Shown here in pieces: positions 35,279 to 48,268 of a stretch of 64,000 nt of DNA. The number at the start of each line of letters is the position of its first letter. Position 1 is the stretch's first letter. This stretch comes from Alloascoidea hylecoeti (Eukaryota). Made by a program: the position numbers and the translations under genes. The stretch is from positions 620,001-684,000 of the forward strand of contig BCKZ01000002.1 in the NCBI GenBank assembly GCA_001600815.1, given 5' to 3'. The notes under the pieces were generated by a model, which had not been told where the DNA came from, did no database searches, and saw only the letters and a list, made by a program, of their open reading frames with translations.

Positions 35279-37444
35279 TTTAATGTAACGTTTTTGAATT
35301 TGTATATGAAGTTAGATTGTAATTGATAATCTGATGGAAAAGGGTTAAAAACAAGAAAAGAAGTGTCTCTTTATACAACAATTATACAACATTATTTTTA
35401 TGATCATATTTCTTGACACTTTACAAACACACAAAAGTAAGAAATCTCTTAAAGTTTAACAGTGTAGTCGCATAGAATATTCGGATATGCGGTCTTGGGT
35501 AATATTAAAGTTTTTCCGAGTGATGCGATGTCAATTCAAAATCAGCCAATTATCAGTTGATCCGGATCGCAACATCGTTACTAATTGCAAAAATAATAAT
35601 AAACAAGAAATGAGTCTATTTTTATGCTTAAATCAGCCGTTGCAACTGTTATATCTTTCAGTCACCTTCTTTGATGCCGAGTTTGAAAAAAATATGCTGT
35701 TACACCACAATACAGTAATGCACCGCGAGATTTTTAAGCCCGCCATCACCTTATGATATTCCGAGCTCTTATCGCATTAATCCAAAGATTCCAAACTGAA
35801 AAATAAGTAATTAATTCTTATATAATTTCTGGATCATATAGTAGTAATGAGAGAGCTATTAATACTCGGAATTTAAATTAGTTCTTTGAATTCTAGTAGA
35901 TAATTATTTTACTCACGACAGTTTAATTTCCAATTAGTATTTATCAAAATAATGGCTTAAATATATGATACGAAATATCACAGAAGGATCAGGATTCAGG
36001 ACCACTCATATATTGTAGTTATTCTTATTGTGTCTTATAATGAACAATATCTTATATGTACCGATAATATATATATCAACAGTAAAATTGATGTTGGATA
36101 CTATACCACCCTTAGAACAGTTCACAAGAGGTAAATTGGCTTTTTGGCGTACCCGGAAGAAACAGTCACTTGTAACTTTAACAATTAATATCCTTCTTAG
36201 GCCAGGATTGACGACAGAAACATTTCCATATTTATATTGTGAAAATAAGTCTATTTTTAGCATTCAGATCACTCCATCATTTAGTCTTCAAATTAGTCGA
36301 ATTGGTTTAACTCATGTTGTACCAGTTTTTTTGTTTTCGTATATATATCAAATTAAAATTTGTTTCCTCATCGCTAGTGTTCAATTATTTTGTGTTCATA
36401 GCGGTCCTTATGTTTTTATATTGCCATAATGAGTTACATTTTTCGAATTACCAACCCATACAATTTACTCTTAAGCTCCACTTGAAATGCAATTGCTCCT
36501 TTAAAAAAATATAAAACTGATATTAATGATGAAACAATATCCATAAATGTAACGTGGGTTGAATAACAATCGTGAGAGCACATAAAACACTTTTTAAAAA
36601 TTAACAAATTTATTTATTGCTTACAATCTTATAAGAGGTACTTGTTTTACATAGGAGAATCTTTTAGTAGAATTTACAAGCATTTGGCGTCGTTCAATCA
36701 AATTCTGGATGCAATGGTAGAAACTGATCCAGCCGGATGGTTGATGGAGTCATCAGGGATGGGTATAGTCTTACCAATTTCTTCCTGTTCAATGAAAAGA
36801 TTATAAACTTTTTCTTTTGTGGCATTGGCAGCCTTTTTTACTTTTTTGTTTTTGATAATCTAAGTAATTCAAGTGTTTATGATTTTTTTAAAAAAAGAAA
36901 TAGCCTAAGCCCGAGGAATCTGATTATTTCATTAACAATAGCCGTAACATTAAACGGAAGTAACGTTAACACCTAACAGAAACACTGTGATAGCCTTGTC
37001 TACTATTGCAACCTCGAGCTCTGCACCCTAAATGATGAATTAGCATTTGCTTGTGATCTATAAAAGTTAGGTATTTCTAAGTTGATGTTTTAAGAAAGGC
37101 AGTATTCAATTAAGCATAAGCTTGGGTACTTAGGTTTGTCAATCAATAATGGCTCTACCTTTAAGCTCATATATTACGACAATATTACTGCTTTGTTTCA
37201 ACTCTAATCTTAATTACTCCATGCTCTCTATAAGTAAACTCTCTACGAAGTCTCATACCTCAATTATTTGTTACCTTAATACCACTTTAATTGTTCAATG
37301 ACTCTAGTAATTAGCTCTTAGTTTGCAAATGCAATTGTTAATTTCAACTACTTAAATAGATTTTTAATTTCAAATATAAAAATGGTAAATATTAATAAAG
37401 TTATATTAAGGTATACATTATATAAAGTAGGTTATAAAGTGTTA

Positions 37445-38617
37445 TTATAACAGATCATAATTAATTTGGGCTCTTAATTTCATTTTTCTCATTCCAAGGG
37501 CCATAATCTCAACTATTATCCTGTCAATTTGATAATGATCAACAATTCCAGCATAAATATCTGATTTATCATCTATTAAATTGTTTATATGAAGATATTC
37601 AACTGCTTCTTTTGAAAATGATGTATTATTAATCATAGAATCAATAACCAAATCAATTCCATCATTGACTATTTCTACGTCGTAAAGTGATGATTCCTTA
37701 TCAATGATTATTGAAGGTGAGTAATTAGACTTTTTGGAAACCAATTTCAATCCTGGTTCTAAAATACCTTCCTAGTCATTGAGAAATAAGTTAGCATCCT
37801 CTTCTGTTAAATTAATTAAATGTAATAATGAAGGTGGAAAATCCTCGACCACTTCAAAGGCGATTTTAATCCCCTTCAACTCGATTAAATCAATCAAAAG
37901 TAATAATAAATTTGATTTGTAGTCGGTATTATTAAAAACAGTATGAATGTTTCTTTGCTTTGAGCCAATATACATATTTTTTAATAAGTGAAGAACTTGT
38001 TGTTCTTCTTTTGAGTGGAATTGTAATGTTATCTCTTCGTAAGAACTGGTGGAACAAGAAGGAATTTGTATTTGAGACTCCTTAACATTAAGATTTACAT
38101 TTACATTTGAATATAAATATTTAGAAATTTTTTCTTTAGTGGAGTCGAAAGGTCTAGGATTGATAATAAGATAGTAAGAATTCACTGAGCAAGTAAATGC
38201 ATATGATTCATTATCACATTTACCAAAGATGTTAATGGGAAGTTTAGAAACAATAGTGAATGGTTTAACATCAACCATGGTGAATGATTCGGCATAAACA
38301 TTAGGTAACTTATGAATAATGGAAAATGGTTTAACATGAACATTGGGAAATTTAAAAACAATGGTGAATGATTTGGTATAAATGTTGGAAAGAGTTGAAG
38401 CCATGGCAAATGATTCGGCATGAACATTTGGATAATTATAAACAATAGTGAATGGATTGGTATAAACATTGGAAAAGGTAGAAGTCATGGTGACATGAGC
38501 ATTGGGATACTTCGAAATAATGACCGGTTTCAAGGTGAATGATTTTTCATAGATATTGGGGTATTTAAGAGTTATAGCGAATGAATTAGCCTTAACATTT
38601 GGAAAGTTAAAAGTCAT
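37445..38617 (-). pseudogene. Orphan 14-aa tandem-repeat reading frame (about 390 codons) interrupted by one in-frame TAG at 37772-37774
   Basis: Track ORFs 38617-37772 and 37750-37445 share one frame, joined by TAG GAA GGT ATT TTA GAA CCA GGA. The N-terminus has about 9 copies of F(T/A)I(V)xKxPN(V/I)(Y/H)xx(S/P). No family recognised. Confidence 0.55.
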
Positions 38618-40182
38618 GATAATGGTAATATTAATATTAATATTGATCTGAATGTTTTTATAATTTGAGAAATGGCACTAATACGATTTTATAAGACTAG
38701 TTTCTGTTGGAGGTGGAAGGATGAAAAAATATAAAGAAAGAAGAAAACAGCAGAAACCTCTCCTTTTATTTGGAAACTTTTTTTGTGACTGGCCAATGGC
38801 AATCCGACTAAGAAATAGGCTCTATGTTTTTGTTCTTTGAAAAACTTCCTGTCTTGATTAGGACAGTCGCGACGTCTAAATAAATAAAGAATTCGAAGGC
38901 AGACAACTGAACAACGGCTGAGACATGCATACATGCATCCTACTAAAGTAGGCAATTGAATAGATTCCAAGAAATTCTATTGTGCTGCCACTTTCCAAAA
39001 ATACAGGATACCTCTCCATCTGCAAATTTCGTAAAATGTCTGCAACTAATACTTCTACAAACGGCAGTAGCATAATAAAGGAAACATTTAGGTATCAGCC
39101 AACTTTAGGACTGGATTTTATGAGTACCCAGCTGGGAATAATTCTTCAATCATCTGTCTTCTTCAGTCATTTTAGAGCTTGAATTCAAGTATCATTCAGC
39201 TTCAGGACTAGTATTCTTGTTGTTTCATGAATTGTACGTAGTTATCGTTTAAAATCCGGTACTCTATCGATGACTTTTTGTTTAGAGAAACAGCACTTTT
39301 GTCTGTTTTATTCACACTTTTCAGTGGATAACTGGATATCCAATGCGAAAGCATCAGCTCATAACCTGTTGGAGTGGAACTACGGAAACATTATAATTAA
39401 AAATATTTAAAAATTTGTTTATCCAAACATAATAAATATCCCAAACACAGTGTAGAGCCCAAACACAAGCCCTAATAACTCTATTCCAGACAAAAACAAA
39501 GAGACCAGATTCTGGATATACTAAAGATTCCGGTACTGAAACATCCTCAATTAATGAAAATGATACTGATTCATTAATGAACGATTTATCTGATGTAGAA
39601 TTAGAGTTAGATGATACTGTTATCATGAAGCTATTGGAGACAAAACTAGAGTACCTAACTAAAGTCATAGGAAAATCAATACAGCAATTCATCGCTTTAA
39701 TAAAAGTGAAAAAAGGTTCAAAGCAGAGAATAAAGTTAAAAAAAATGCTTCCTCGTAGTCAGAATCAGATAAATTGAGTTTACATGGCATATTCTCAGGA
39801 CCCTAAATCATGCTTAACGTATTCTATGATATTTGAAATTGTAATTTTAAAATGTGTGATGAGAAGAGCCGACCAAGGTGTAAAATCCTCATTCTTTTCT
39901 AATGATATGCCATGTAAACTAAGATTTTCTAATATTTACTGCATTGAAAGTGTTATAATTGGTGAGTAGTGTGTTGCTGAATAGTTTTAATTACGTTACT
40001 TTCAGTTAATCATAATTAATTATATTCGTACTTTGGCAATATATATTCACATATACAATAAATAAACTATTTACAAATGCTAGTCTTTAAACAAAACACA
40101 TCCTTCTGAAAAAGCACTATATATATTGGGTAACTTTTCATCTTGATGATTTTAATATCAGTGAGTTATGTGACAGGTGTTT

Positions 40183-41898
40183 TTACATCATACCACCCAT
40201 ACCGCCCATACCGCCCATACCACCAGGAGGAGCAGCAACTGGATCAGCAGGTATAGTTACAATAGCACATTCAGTAGTAGCCAATAAAGAAGCAACACCA
40301 GCAGCATCGACTAAACCAGATCTAACAACCTTAAAAGGATCAACAATACCAGCAGCAATCATATCTTTAAATTCAGAAGTTGATGAATCATAACCTTTTC
40401 TGAAGTCATCACCATATTCATCAGCAATTTTACCGACAATAACTGCACCTTCTTCACCAGCATTTTCAATAATTGTTTTTGCAGGTTTTGTAATTGCAGA
40501 TTTAATAATATTTACACCCAATCTTTGATCGAAATTGTCCGTTTTTATAGAATCTAAAACTTTTGTTGCTTTAATCAAAGCAGTACCACCACCAGGTAAA
40601 ATACCTTCTTCAACAGCAGCACGGGTTGCATTTAAAGCATCAACATATCTATCATTCTTTTCTTGAACTTCAACTTCGGAAGATCCACCAACTTTTATGA
40701 CAGCAACACCACCTGATAATTTAGCTAAACGTTCTTGTAATTTTTCCTTTTCATATTCACTTGTAGTTTCTTCCATTGCAGATTTAATTTGATCACATCT
40801 TTCAGAAATATCTTGTTTTGAACCTTCACCATTTAATATAATTGTATCATCTTTTGTAATTACAATTGATCCTGCAGAACCTAATAACTCAGCAGTTATA
40901 GTTTCTGGTTTAATATCTAATTCTTCATTACAAACAACACCTTTTGTTAAAATACCAATATCACCAAGGATAGATTTTCTAGTATCCCCAAAACCAGGTG
41001 CTTTAACAGCAGCTACTTGAACTTGACCTCTTAATTTATTTAAAACACAAGCAGCTAAAGCTTCACCATCAATATCTTCAGCAATAATAAATAATGGTCT
41101 TCTTAATTTATTTGAAATTTCTAAAGCTGGAATAACTTCACTAATCGATGAAATTTTCTTTTCAGAAATTAAAACTAATGGTTTTTCAAACTCAACTTTT
41201 GATGATTTTGGATCTGTGATGAAATATGGTGATATAAAACCTCTATCAAATCTCATACCTTCAGTAATTTCTAATTCATCTTCAGTTGTTGATCCAGTTT
41301 TAATTGTAATAACACCATCTTTTCCAACTTTTTCCATTGCACTTGCAATAAATGAACCAATATGTTTATCACCATTTGCAGAAATTGTAGCAACTTGACT
41401 AATTTCTTCAGATGTTGTAACTTCTTTCTTGTTTTTTTGTAAAAATTCAACAACTGCATTAACAGCAGCTTGTGTTCCTTTTCTTAAATCCATTGGATTA
41501 CAACCAGCAGCAACATTTTTAACAGATTCAGTAAAAATGGATTTTCCTAACACAGTTGCAGTTGTGGTACCATCACCAGCATTATCATTTGTTTTAGTGG
41601 CGACATCTTGTAATAATTGAGCTCCTAAATTTTCAAATTTATCTTTTAAGGTAATTGCTTTTGCGACAGTAACACCATCTTTTGTGATTTTAGAACTACC
41701 ATAAGATTGTTCAATTAAAACATTACGACCTTTTGGACCTAAAGTAACAGAAACAGCTTTTGCTAAAGTATCAACACCTCTTAATAAGGCAGCTCTACCT
41801 TCAACACCGAACTTAAGTTCGTTGTATTGAGTGGCAAGGCCTCTTGACAATTTTAATTGTTTAGCAGTACGTAAAATTGGACGAGAAGATCTAAGCAT
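40183..41898 (-). CDS. HSP60: Mitochondrial chaperonin Hsp60
   Basis: Presequence, [27 protein letters not shown] and a GGM tail. Confidence 0.98.
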   Translation of the reverse strand: MLRSSRPILRTAKQLKLSRGLATQYNELKFGVEGRAALLRGVDTLAKAVSVTLGPKGRNVLIEQSYGSSKITKDGVTVAKAITLKDKFENLGAQLLQDVATKTNDNAGDGTTTATVLGKSIFTESVKNVAAGCNPMDLRKGTQAAVNAVVEFLQKNKKEVTTSEEISQVATISANGDKHIGSFIASAMEKVGKDGVITIKTGSTTEDELEITEGMRFDRGFISPYFITDPKSSKVEFEKPLVLISEKKISSISEVIPALEISNKLRRPLFIIAEDIDGEALAACVLNKLRGQVQVAAVKAPGFGDTRKSILGDIGILTKGVVCNEELDIKPETITAELLGSAGSIVITKDDTIILNGEGSKQDISERCDQIKSAMEETTSEYEKEKLQERLAKLSGGVAVIKVGGSSEVEVQEKNDRYVDALNATRAAVEEGILPGGGTALIKATKVLDSIKTDNFDQRLGVNIIKSAITKPAKTIIENAGEEGAVIVGKIADEYGDDFRKGYDSSTSEFKDMIAAGIVDPFKVVRSGLVDAAGVASLLATTECAIVTIPADPVAAPPGGMGGMGGMGGMM

Positions 41899-42000
41899 TT
41901 TTGAAAGTGGTGGTGGGGAAAAATGAGATTTGTTTCTTCGAAAGTTTTGGGAAGATTTGTGTCAATTTATAAATCTTTTCATAAAATTTTCATGAGTAAT

Positions 42001-42036
42001 TTCGAGAACATTCGAGCACGTGGTTTATCTTACCCG
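42001..42036. promoter_or_regulatory. HSP60 promoter: heat-shock element, E-box and Reb1 site
   Basis: TTCgaGAAcaTTC (42001-42013, three-unit HSE), CACGTG (42017) and TTACCCG (42030), about 100-140 bp upstream of the ATG. Confidence 0.75.
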
Positions 42037-42877
42037 GACATTCATAATTACTTAGATACCCCATACTTTTTGCTATTCTGTAAAAATTATTCAAAAGGTA
42101 TATGATAAATATATAAATAACTATATGAATTTCAATAAAAAAGAGAGATAAAAACAAGACGATAAGTATAATATATAATGATACTAAAAAACAAAAATAA
42201 GATTTATAATAAAAAAACAACATCACAACAAAAATTAATTCAATTTAATTTTTAAATTAAGTGTATTTTATTTAGTATTATATACAATTTTCAAACAATT
42301 TTATATTTATTGTTAGGTATTTTTATTTTTTAAATTAAAAAAAAAATCACCAAATATAATATAATCAGCAACATTCCCTCTTTTAGGAAATTTTTATTAA
42401 ATATCCAAATCTAAGGTTTTCCATTTTTTAAGTTTTAGATTTGTTGAAAAATAAAGTTGAGATCTGACTTGCTAGGAATTTGAATTTGACGACTTTTTAA
42501 CATTTAATTTGCGGGTGATTTTTTATATATATTTATAGGGGTAATTTATTTCATATCATATCGTATCGTTTCATTTCATCAAAAGATTGTAGAACAGTAA
42601 AATAATATAAGAAAAATGAGAATAAGAGTAAATATATATATATACTTTTATTTTTATCAGTTAAAAAAAGATTGAGATATATAAGAAATTTATAGATGGA
42701 ATAAAAATAAGGAGAAAATCAAGATTTTTGGATAAAAAAGGAAAAGAGATAAAGATTGAGCATAAATATAATCAATCAATTAAAGGGGTTTATAACATGT
42801 GTATCGGTAAATAAAAATATATAAAAAATAGGCAGAAAAAAAATGTATAAAGTTTATAGTGATATTATTATGATAAA

Positions 42878-44062
42878 TTATCTTCTTTGATCATAATATG
42901 CTCTATTATCTTGTGGTGGATAACCTTGATATTGTTGAACAGGATTAGGAAATACTTGTTGTTGAGGAAATCCATTACCATAGCCACCAACATTATTGTT
43001 TTGTTGTTGTTGTTTACGATCTTTACCCCAACCAGCTTTTAATAACCTACCACCAAAATTAACTCCTGATAATTGAACAATTGCTAATGCAGCACGTTCA
43101 TGAGAATCATATCTAACGAAAGCACAATTACGATCAGGATGATGTTTAAAGTCAACAATGTAACCAAAATTTTGTAATAATGGAATTAAATCAGAATGAT
43201 TTGTATATCTTGGTAAATTTCCAAGATAAACAGTTGTTTGCCAATTAGGAGTTTGTCTTAAAACGATATCATAGGTTGGAGGGACACCAGATGATAATTC
43301 AGCATTAAATCTTTGTTGTTGAAGTTGTTGCTGTTGTTGCTGTTGATTCATTTGTTGTTGATTCATTTGTAAATGTTGTTGTTGTTGTTGCTGTTGTTGT
43401 TGCTGTTGTTGTTTATGAGAAGCCCAATTACATCTTATAGCTCTTCCACCAATCCATTCATTATTCATTGTTCTTAGAGCATCTTCAGCATCTTCTTTTT
43501 TATCAAATGAAACAAAACCATAACCTCTTGATCTTCCAGTTTGCATATCCCACATAACATGAGCAGAAATCATTGAAGACCATTTTGAAAAAGATTTTGA
43601 TAATAAATCATCATTTACTTCACTTGATAAATCACCAATAAATATAGAGAAAATTGGCAGGTCAGATTTTATAGCTTGTGATTGGAACGCCCTTGCTAAT
43701 TTTAAAGGAGAAGAAGCTAAAATTCTATTTTGTAAAGCATGTAAAGCTAAATCAGCAAATTGTGAAGATTCATATTCAACGAATGCATAATTAAACCCAC
43801 GTCTGTTTTTATCGGGTAAAATTTTAACAGAAGATACTTTTCCAGTAACACCAAACAATTCACGTACCATATCTTCAGTTACGGATTGATCAACGCCGCC
43901 GACGTATAAAACAGTCGGAGAAACTTCTCGTCCGCCGTCTGTTGCAATAGCAGGGACGGGGGTTGGAGGAGAAGAAGCATCAGCCGGAGAAGAAGCTAAG
44001 GTAGGATCTAAGCCAGAATCCTGAGACTGAGACTGGGATTGGGACAGAGAAGAATCCTGTAA

Positions 44063-44101
<39 letters not shown>

Positions 44102-44137
44102 TTGTTGTTGTGCCTGATTGGCTTGAGATTCAGACAT
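42878..44137 (-). CDS. PUB1: TIA-1-like poly(U)-binding protein with three RRMs and polyQ tracts
   Basis: GGREVSPTVLYVG, FNYAFVEY, AHVMWDMQTGRSRGYGFVSF and IRCNWA. Confidence 0.93.
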
Positions 44138-44498
44138 TTTCAAAACAAATTTAAATAAATATTAACTGAATTAATTAAAAAGAAGGAAATAATTATAAAC
44201 AAAAAAGAGAATATAAATAAAATCGAATAAGCAAAATTAAATTAAATTAAACAAAATTAAATAGAATAGAAAAATGCTGATTTTTTCTTAATTTTTTTAT
44301 AAACTATGTTAAAAGAAAAGTGAGTGAGTGAAAGTGGAAGAGAAAATGGATTGGAGGTGTTGGCAGTAAAATTTGCTGAGGTTTAAAATTATTTAAAAAT
44401 TTAAAATTATAATTTAAAATTAAAAATAAAAATAAGAATTAGCGTGTTTACAAAATTCAGAAAATCCCCAAAAAGACCTAAGTTACGTAATGCTTATG

Positions 44499-47243
44499 TT
44501 ATGTAATGTCCGGAAGCGTCAGTTCCGGAAAGTACTGCCGGATAATTCCGGACAGCTCTTCTTTTTCCTCTTCTTCGCGCGCAGCCCGCAAACACTCCTG
44601 TCCTGTGGACGTCTGTAAATGCCGCTGGAGCGCATCTTTACGCGCAAATTTCTTCTTACACCCCAATTCACGTCCATCCCGCAGTTTGTAGCAACATTGA
44701 AATTTGCGTTCCCCATGGATCGAAGCTTTATGGCGAGTACAGTCACTTTTCCGAGCGAAGTATTTTTTGCAAATCTCACACAAAAATGGTTTGGTTCCTT
44801 TATGTGAATTTATATGATACCCTAAGTTGTAGGAACGCGTGAAAACACTATCACAATCTTTATAAGGGCATGCAAATATCTTATCATTATCATTTCCATT
44901 TCCATTACCAATACCGTTTCCATTTCCATTACCATTGCCATCGGAATGTGTGTGTAGTTGGGCTGGGGATGCAAGATCAATTATATCTCGAGGGTTCATT
45001 ACTGATGATGATTTTGCCCGACTTCTTTTATATTTGGTACCGCCTTTATCCGTTTTCGCCATGATTATTGGCGAATTGTGGAATCCATGCGGACTTTTGT
45101 CTCTTACTTCATTTACTTCACTCTTTGGTTTATCATTGGTACTATTAATATCAATAGTATCTAACATTATATCAACTGTTCGATTCAATACATTCTTATT
45201 ACTTTGATTCCCACCAAGATATGAATTTGTTTTATCATTTTGTAATATTGATGAAAATCTAAAATCATAATTCATATCTGATAATGTTCCAACATCAAAG
45301 TTTAAACTTTTTGATCGTTGATGTCCATATGATGGTGGTGGACTTAATGAATTTCCATGATATGATGGAACTCCTAAATATTTTTTTATATGAGTAGCTC
45401 CTGTAAATGGTAATTTTTGTATATTATTTTCAAATGTTTCTTTATCTATTTCATTTTCTTTATCCGTTTCATTATTATTATTAGTATTATCACCATTTTG
45501 TATACTTAATCTTTCATCAATTGATCCTTCTCTATCATTAATCCTATTAACAAGCTTGTCCATTTGGTAATTTGATAAACATCCTTCATCATCATAATCA
45601 CCTCTTGATCTTGATACATTTCTAGATATACTATTATCTCTAGAAGATCCAGGACTTGAAACTGCTGATAATTTTGGACTTTTATAATTCCAAAGATCAA
45701 ATGATGATGTTCTATCATCATCATTTTCCAACTCGTGCATCATTAATGAATTCGAATTTGAATGTGAACGAGATCTAGAGATTGAACGACTTAATTGACG
45801 AGATCTTGATCTTGGTCTTTGAATTGTAGGACAAGAAGGTGATTTTGGTCTTGATATAAATAATGATCTTGGTGAAAATTGATTATTATTACTATTAATA
45901 CTATTATTAGGTGATTGTGGTCTTCTTATAATTGGAATCTCAACTGGTGATTCTTTTGCAATTGATGCTTCTAATGGTTGTTTATATATAGGAGTTATTA
46001 CTTCATATTCATGACTAACATTAGAAACTGTAATTGTTGGTTTCCTAGGTCGTACTTCTAAAGATCGTGATCTTGATCGTGATCGCGATGATCTATAATT
46101 AGATTCACCATCATCAATTGATGTAATTGTTTGAAATGGAAAACCGATACCGTTGTGATACGTCGTTCCTGCATTTTGTGGCAGTTCTGAATTCGAAGAA
46201 TTTAATTGTTTTGTAGTACCAGTAGAAAGGTTGTTATTGCCATTATTATTGATTAGAACTGCCTCGGGCATTGCATGAATTGAAGTTTGAAAATTAGAAG
46301 TATTTGCAGTGCCCATATTCAAATCTACTAGTCCTAATCCTGAAATTGGTTCTGGATCTATATCTGTTCCTGTTGCTACTAAAGTGCCCATTTGTTCATC
46401 AATAAAAAAAGTTGGTGACAAAAATGACCCAAATTCAAAATCTTTAAAATTTATATCTTCAATGCCATTTCCATTTTCATTTCCATTATAATTTCCATTT
46501 CCATTTCCATTTCCATTTATATTCATACTTCCAGTTATATTGTTATATTCTGTGGGTTTTAATGGATCAAATGATTCATACTCTCTTTCTAAAAGAGAAC
46601 CAGGGGTATTAACACCAGAACCATTACCATATTCATTATCATATCCATTATAATTATTTAAAAATGGTGTTCCTTGCTGTTGGTATCTAAGCCGAGAGTT
46701 TGATCGTGAATGGCTTAAATATGTTGAAGCTCCTTCATTATAGCCAAAATTAAACGCATTTACGTTTGGGGAATTCCGAACAGATGAATTATCAGAGAAT
46801 ACCGATAATGCCGCTGATGAAGGGACTCGAAATGGACTTTGAGTATTTGATGTTGGTGGTGAGAATATCAACGGATTTGAGTTTGGATTTAAGTTCAAAG
46901 GCGTAGCGTTATTCGGAGTTTCCAAATTGCTCAAACTATCGATATCTTGATGTGTATTAATATTAGTATTAATATGATCTAACATGGGGATGGTGTTCAA
47001 GTTTTCAAATGATGTTGAATGAGTACTAAATGCTAAATAATCAACGTCCAAGAGTAAATTATTGGAATATGAATTGGAGTAGGAATTGGAATTAATATTC
47101 TTATTATCATAACCAATATTGTGATTTTGATTTGGAATGTTAATGGGGATTTCATTTAACGTTGGATTCTGTTGGTCGCTTGAGCTTTTGTTTGAGCTCG
47201 CAATTGAATGTATTTGAAACCCCTGATCTGCGGTCGAGGTCAT
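44499..47243 (-). CDS. Crz1-like C2H2 zinc-finger transcription factor
   Basis: Three C-terminal fingers incl. the Crz1-type expanded third finger (C..KLRDG..LGCKKKFARKDALQRH), TRSYNL helix, PTITVS (PxIxIT-like docking site) and Ser/Arg-rich low-complexity region. Confidence 0.75.
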   Translation of the reverse strand: MTSTADQGFQIHSIASSNKSSSDQQNPTLNEIPINIPNQNHNIGYDNKNINSNSYSNSYSNNLLLDVDYLAFSTHSTSFENLNTIPMLDHINTNINTHQDIDSLSNLETPNNATPLNLNPNSNPLIFSPPTSNTQSPFRVPSSAALSVFSDNSSVRNSPNVNAFNFGYNEGASTYLSHSRSNSRLRYQQQGTPFLNNYNGYDNEYGNGSGVNTPGSLLEREYESFDPLKPTEYNNITGSMNINGNGNGNGNYNGNENGNGIEDINFKDFEFGSFLSPTFFIDEQMGTLVATGTDIDPEPISGLGLVDLNMGTANTSNFQTSIHAMPEAVLINNNGNNNLSTGTTKQLNSSNSELPQNAGTTYHNGIGFPFQTITSIDDGESNYRSSRSRSRSRSLEVRPRKPTITVSNVSHEYEVITPIYKQPLEASIAKESPVEIPIIRRPQSPNNSINSNNNQFSPRSLFISRPKSPSCPTIQRPRSRSRQLSRSISRSRSHSNSNSLMMHELENDDDRTSSFDLWNYKSPKLSAVSSPGSSRDNSISRNVSRSRGDYDDEGCLSNYQMDKLVNRINDREGSIDERLSIQNGDNTNNNNETDKENEIDKETFENNIQKLPFTGATHIKKYLGVPSYHGNSLSPPPSYGHQRSKSLNFDVGTLSDMNYDFRFSSILQNDKTNSYLGGNQSNKNVLNRTVDIMLDTIDINSTNDKPKSEVNEVRDKSPHGFHNSPIIMAKTDKGGTKYKRSRAKSSSVMNPRDIIDLASPAQLHTHSDGNGNGNGNGIGNGNGNDNDKIFACPYKDCDSVFTRSYNLGYHINSHKGTKPFLCEICKKYFARKSDCTRHKASIHGERKFQCCYKLRDGRELGCKKKFARKDALQRHLQTSTGQECLRAAREEEEKEELSGIIRQYFPELTLPDIT

Positions 47244-48268
47244 TGTAAATGTAAGTCAAATAATATTTATATGTTTATAGAAATTAATATATAATAAAAA
47301 TTAAAGTAAACGAATATAAAGAAAGGATGAATAAAGGTAGTAAATGTAAATAGAAGTATCAATGAACTCGAGAAATTTCTAATCGTTCTTCTATTTATAA
47401 AATATGTTATTCTCAGGACAAATGAGATAACCAGCCACGTGCACCCGGTGAAAACCTAATCGGAAGATCGAAAATCGATAATCTTGAACTTGAACGTGAC
47501 AACGATAAAGTCATGGAACCCCGTTTCCGCGTAGGAAAAGACAAAGCTTAAGGCTATATCCCATTTATCAAACTTTGATTAATAGATTGAAAAAACTAGT
47601 AGTCAGTTTGAATGTTCAGATGAACCGTTATTTGTAGTTGATTTTTGATGTTATATTCAATATTTAGAAGTTACTAAATACCACGGGAATACAAAATGAA
47701 ATCGCCAGGGGAGACTACGAAAAGTTCGTTCACTATTACAACGTAAATCAGTCATATAGGCATATGCATGAAGCAGTTGGCAGGTGAGTCAAAAGCACAT
47801 TTGAAATCACTACCTATTTCGATTAGACAGATCATTATAACATAGTTCTTTTTTAGCTTTCAACAGTGTTAACCTTTTGAAATCTACACTGCAAACCTTA
47901 TACTGTTTATAATAGTGTGCATTCAAACTTATTTATATATATTAGCTGAGTGGGGTAGTCAACGATAAACAAAATTCGTAGTGAATAAATATATATAAGC
48001 TTGGTCATGAAATTGTTTCGAAAATTTCACTGACTATTTTTGTTCTTCGTGGTGCGGGACAATTAAAATGAACAACTTTTCTAAACCGCACCATATACTT
48101 ATACAAACTGTTCCAGATTGTGCAAAAGCATTAATGTTATAGCTATTTATAATTGACTATTATACCTACCACATATTAAATAGTAAATAAAATGTTTATA
48201 TATCCGTAACTGTTTAAGCACGTATTTTGGTATGTACTTTGTGAACTCAGCATATACTATCGATATCA

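Noticed and set aside
35997..36600. Overlapping short ORFs; faint gag zinc-knuckle/protease resemblance (KKCFMC, KANLPLV) on the minus strand
   Set aside because: Too degenerate to call by eye.
39100..39800. Possible MULE/SWIM transposase debris (ITGYPMRKH) and an acidic ORF fragment
   Set aside because: Key cysteines are missing and frames are broken; unsupported without an HMM search.
11336..44137. Apparent cluster of splicing/RNA genes (PRP31, RRP46, DRN1, SF3B6, PUB1)
   Set aside because: Interspersed with unrelated housekeeping genes; no shared motif seen; compatible with chance.
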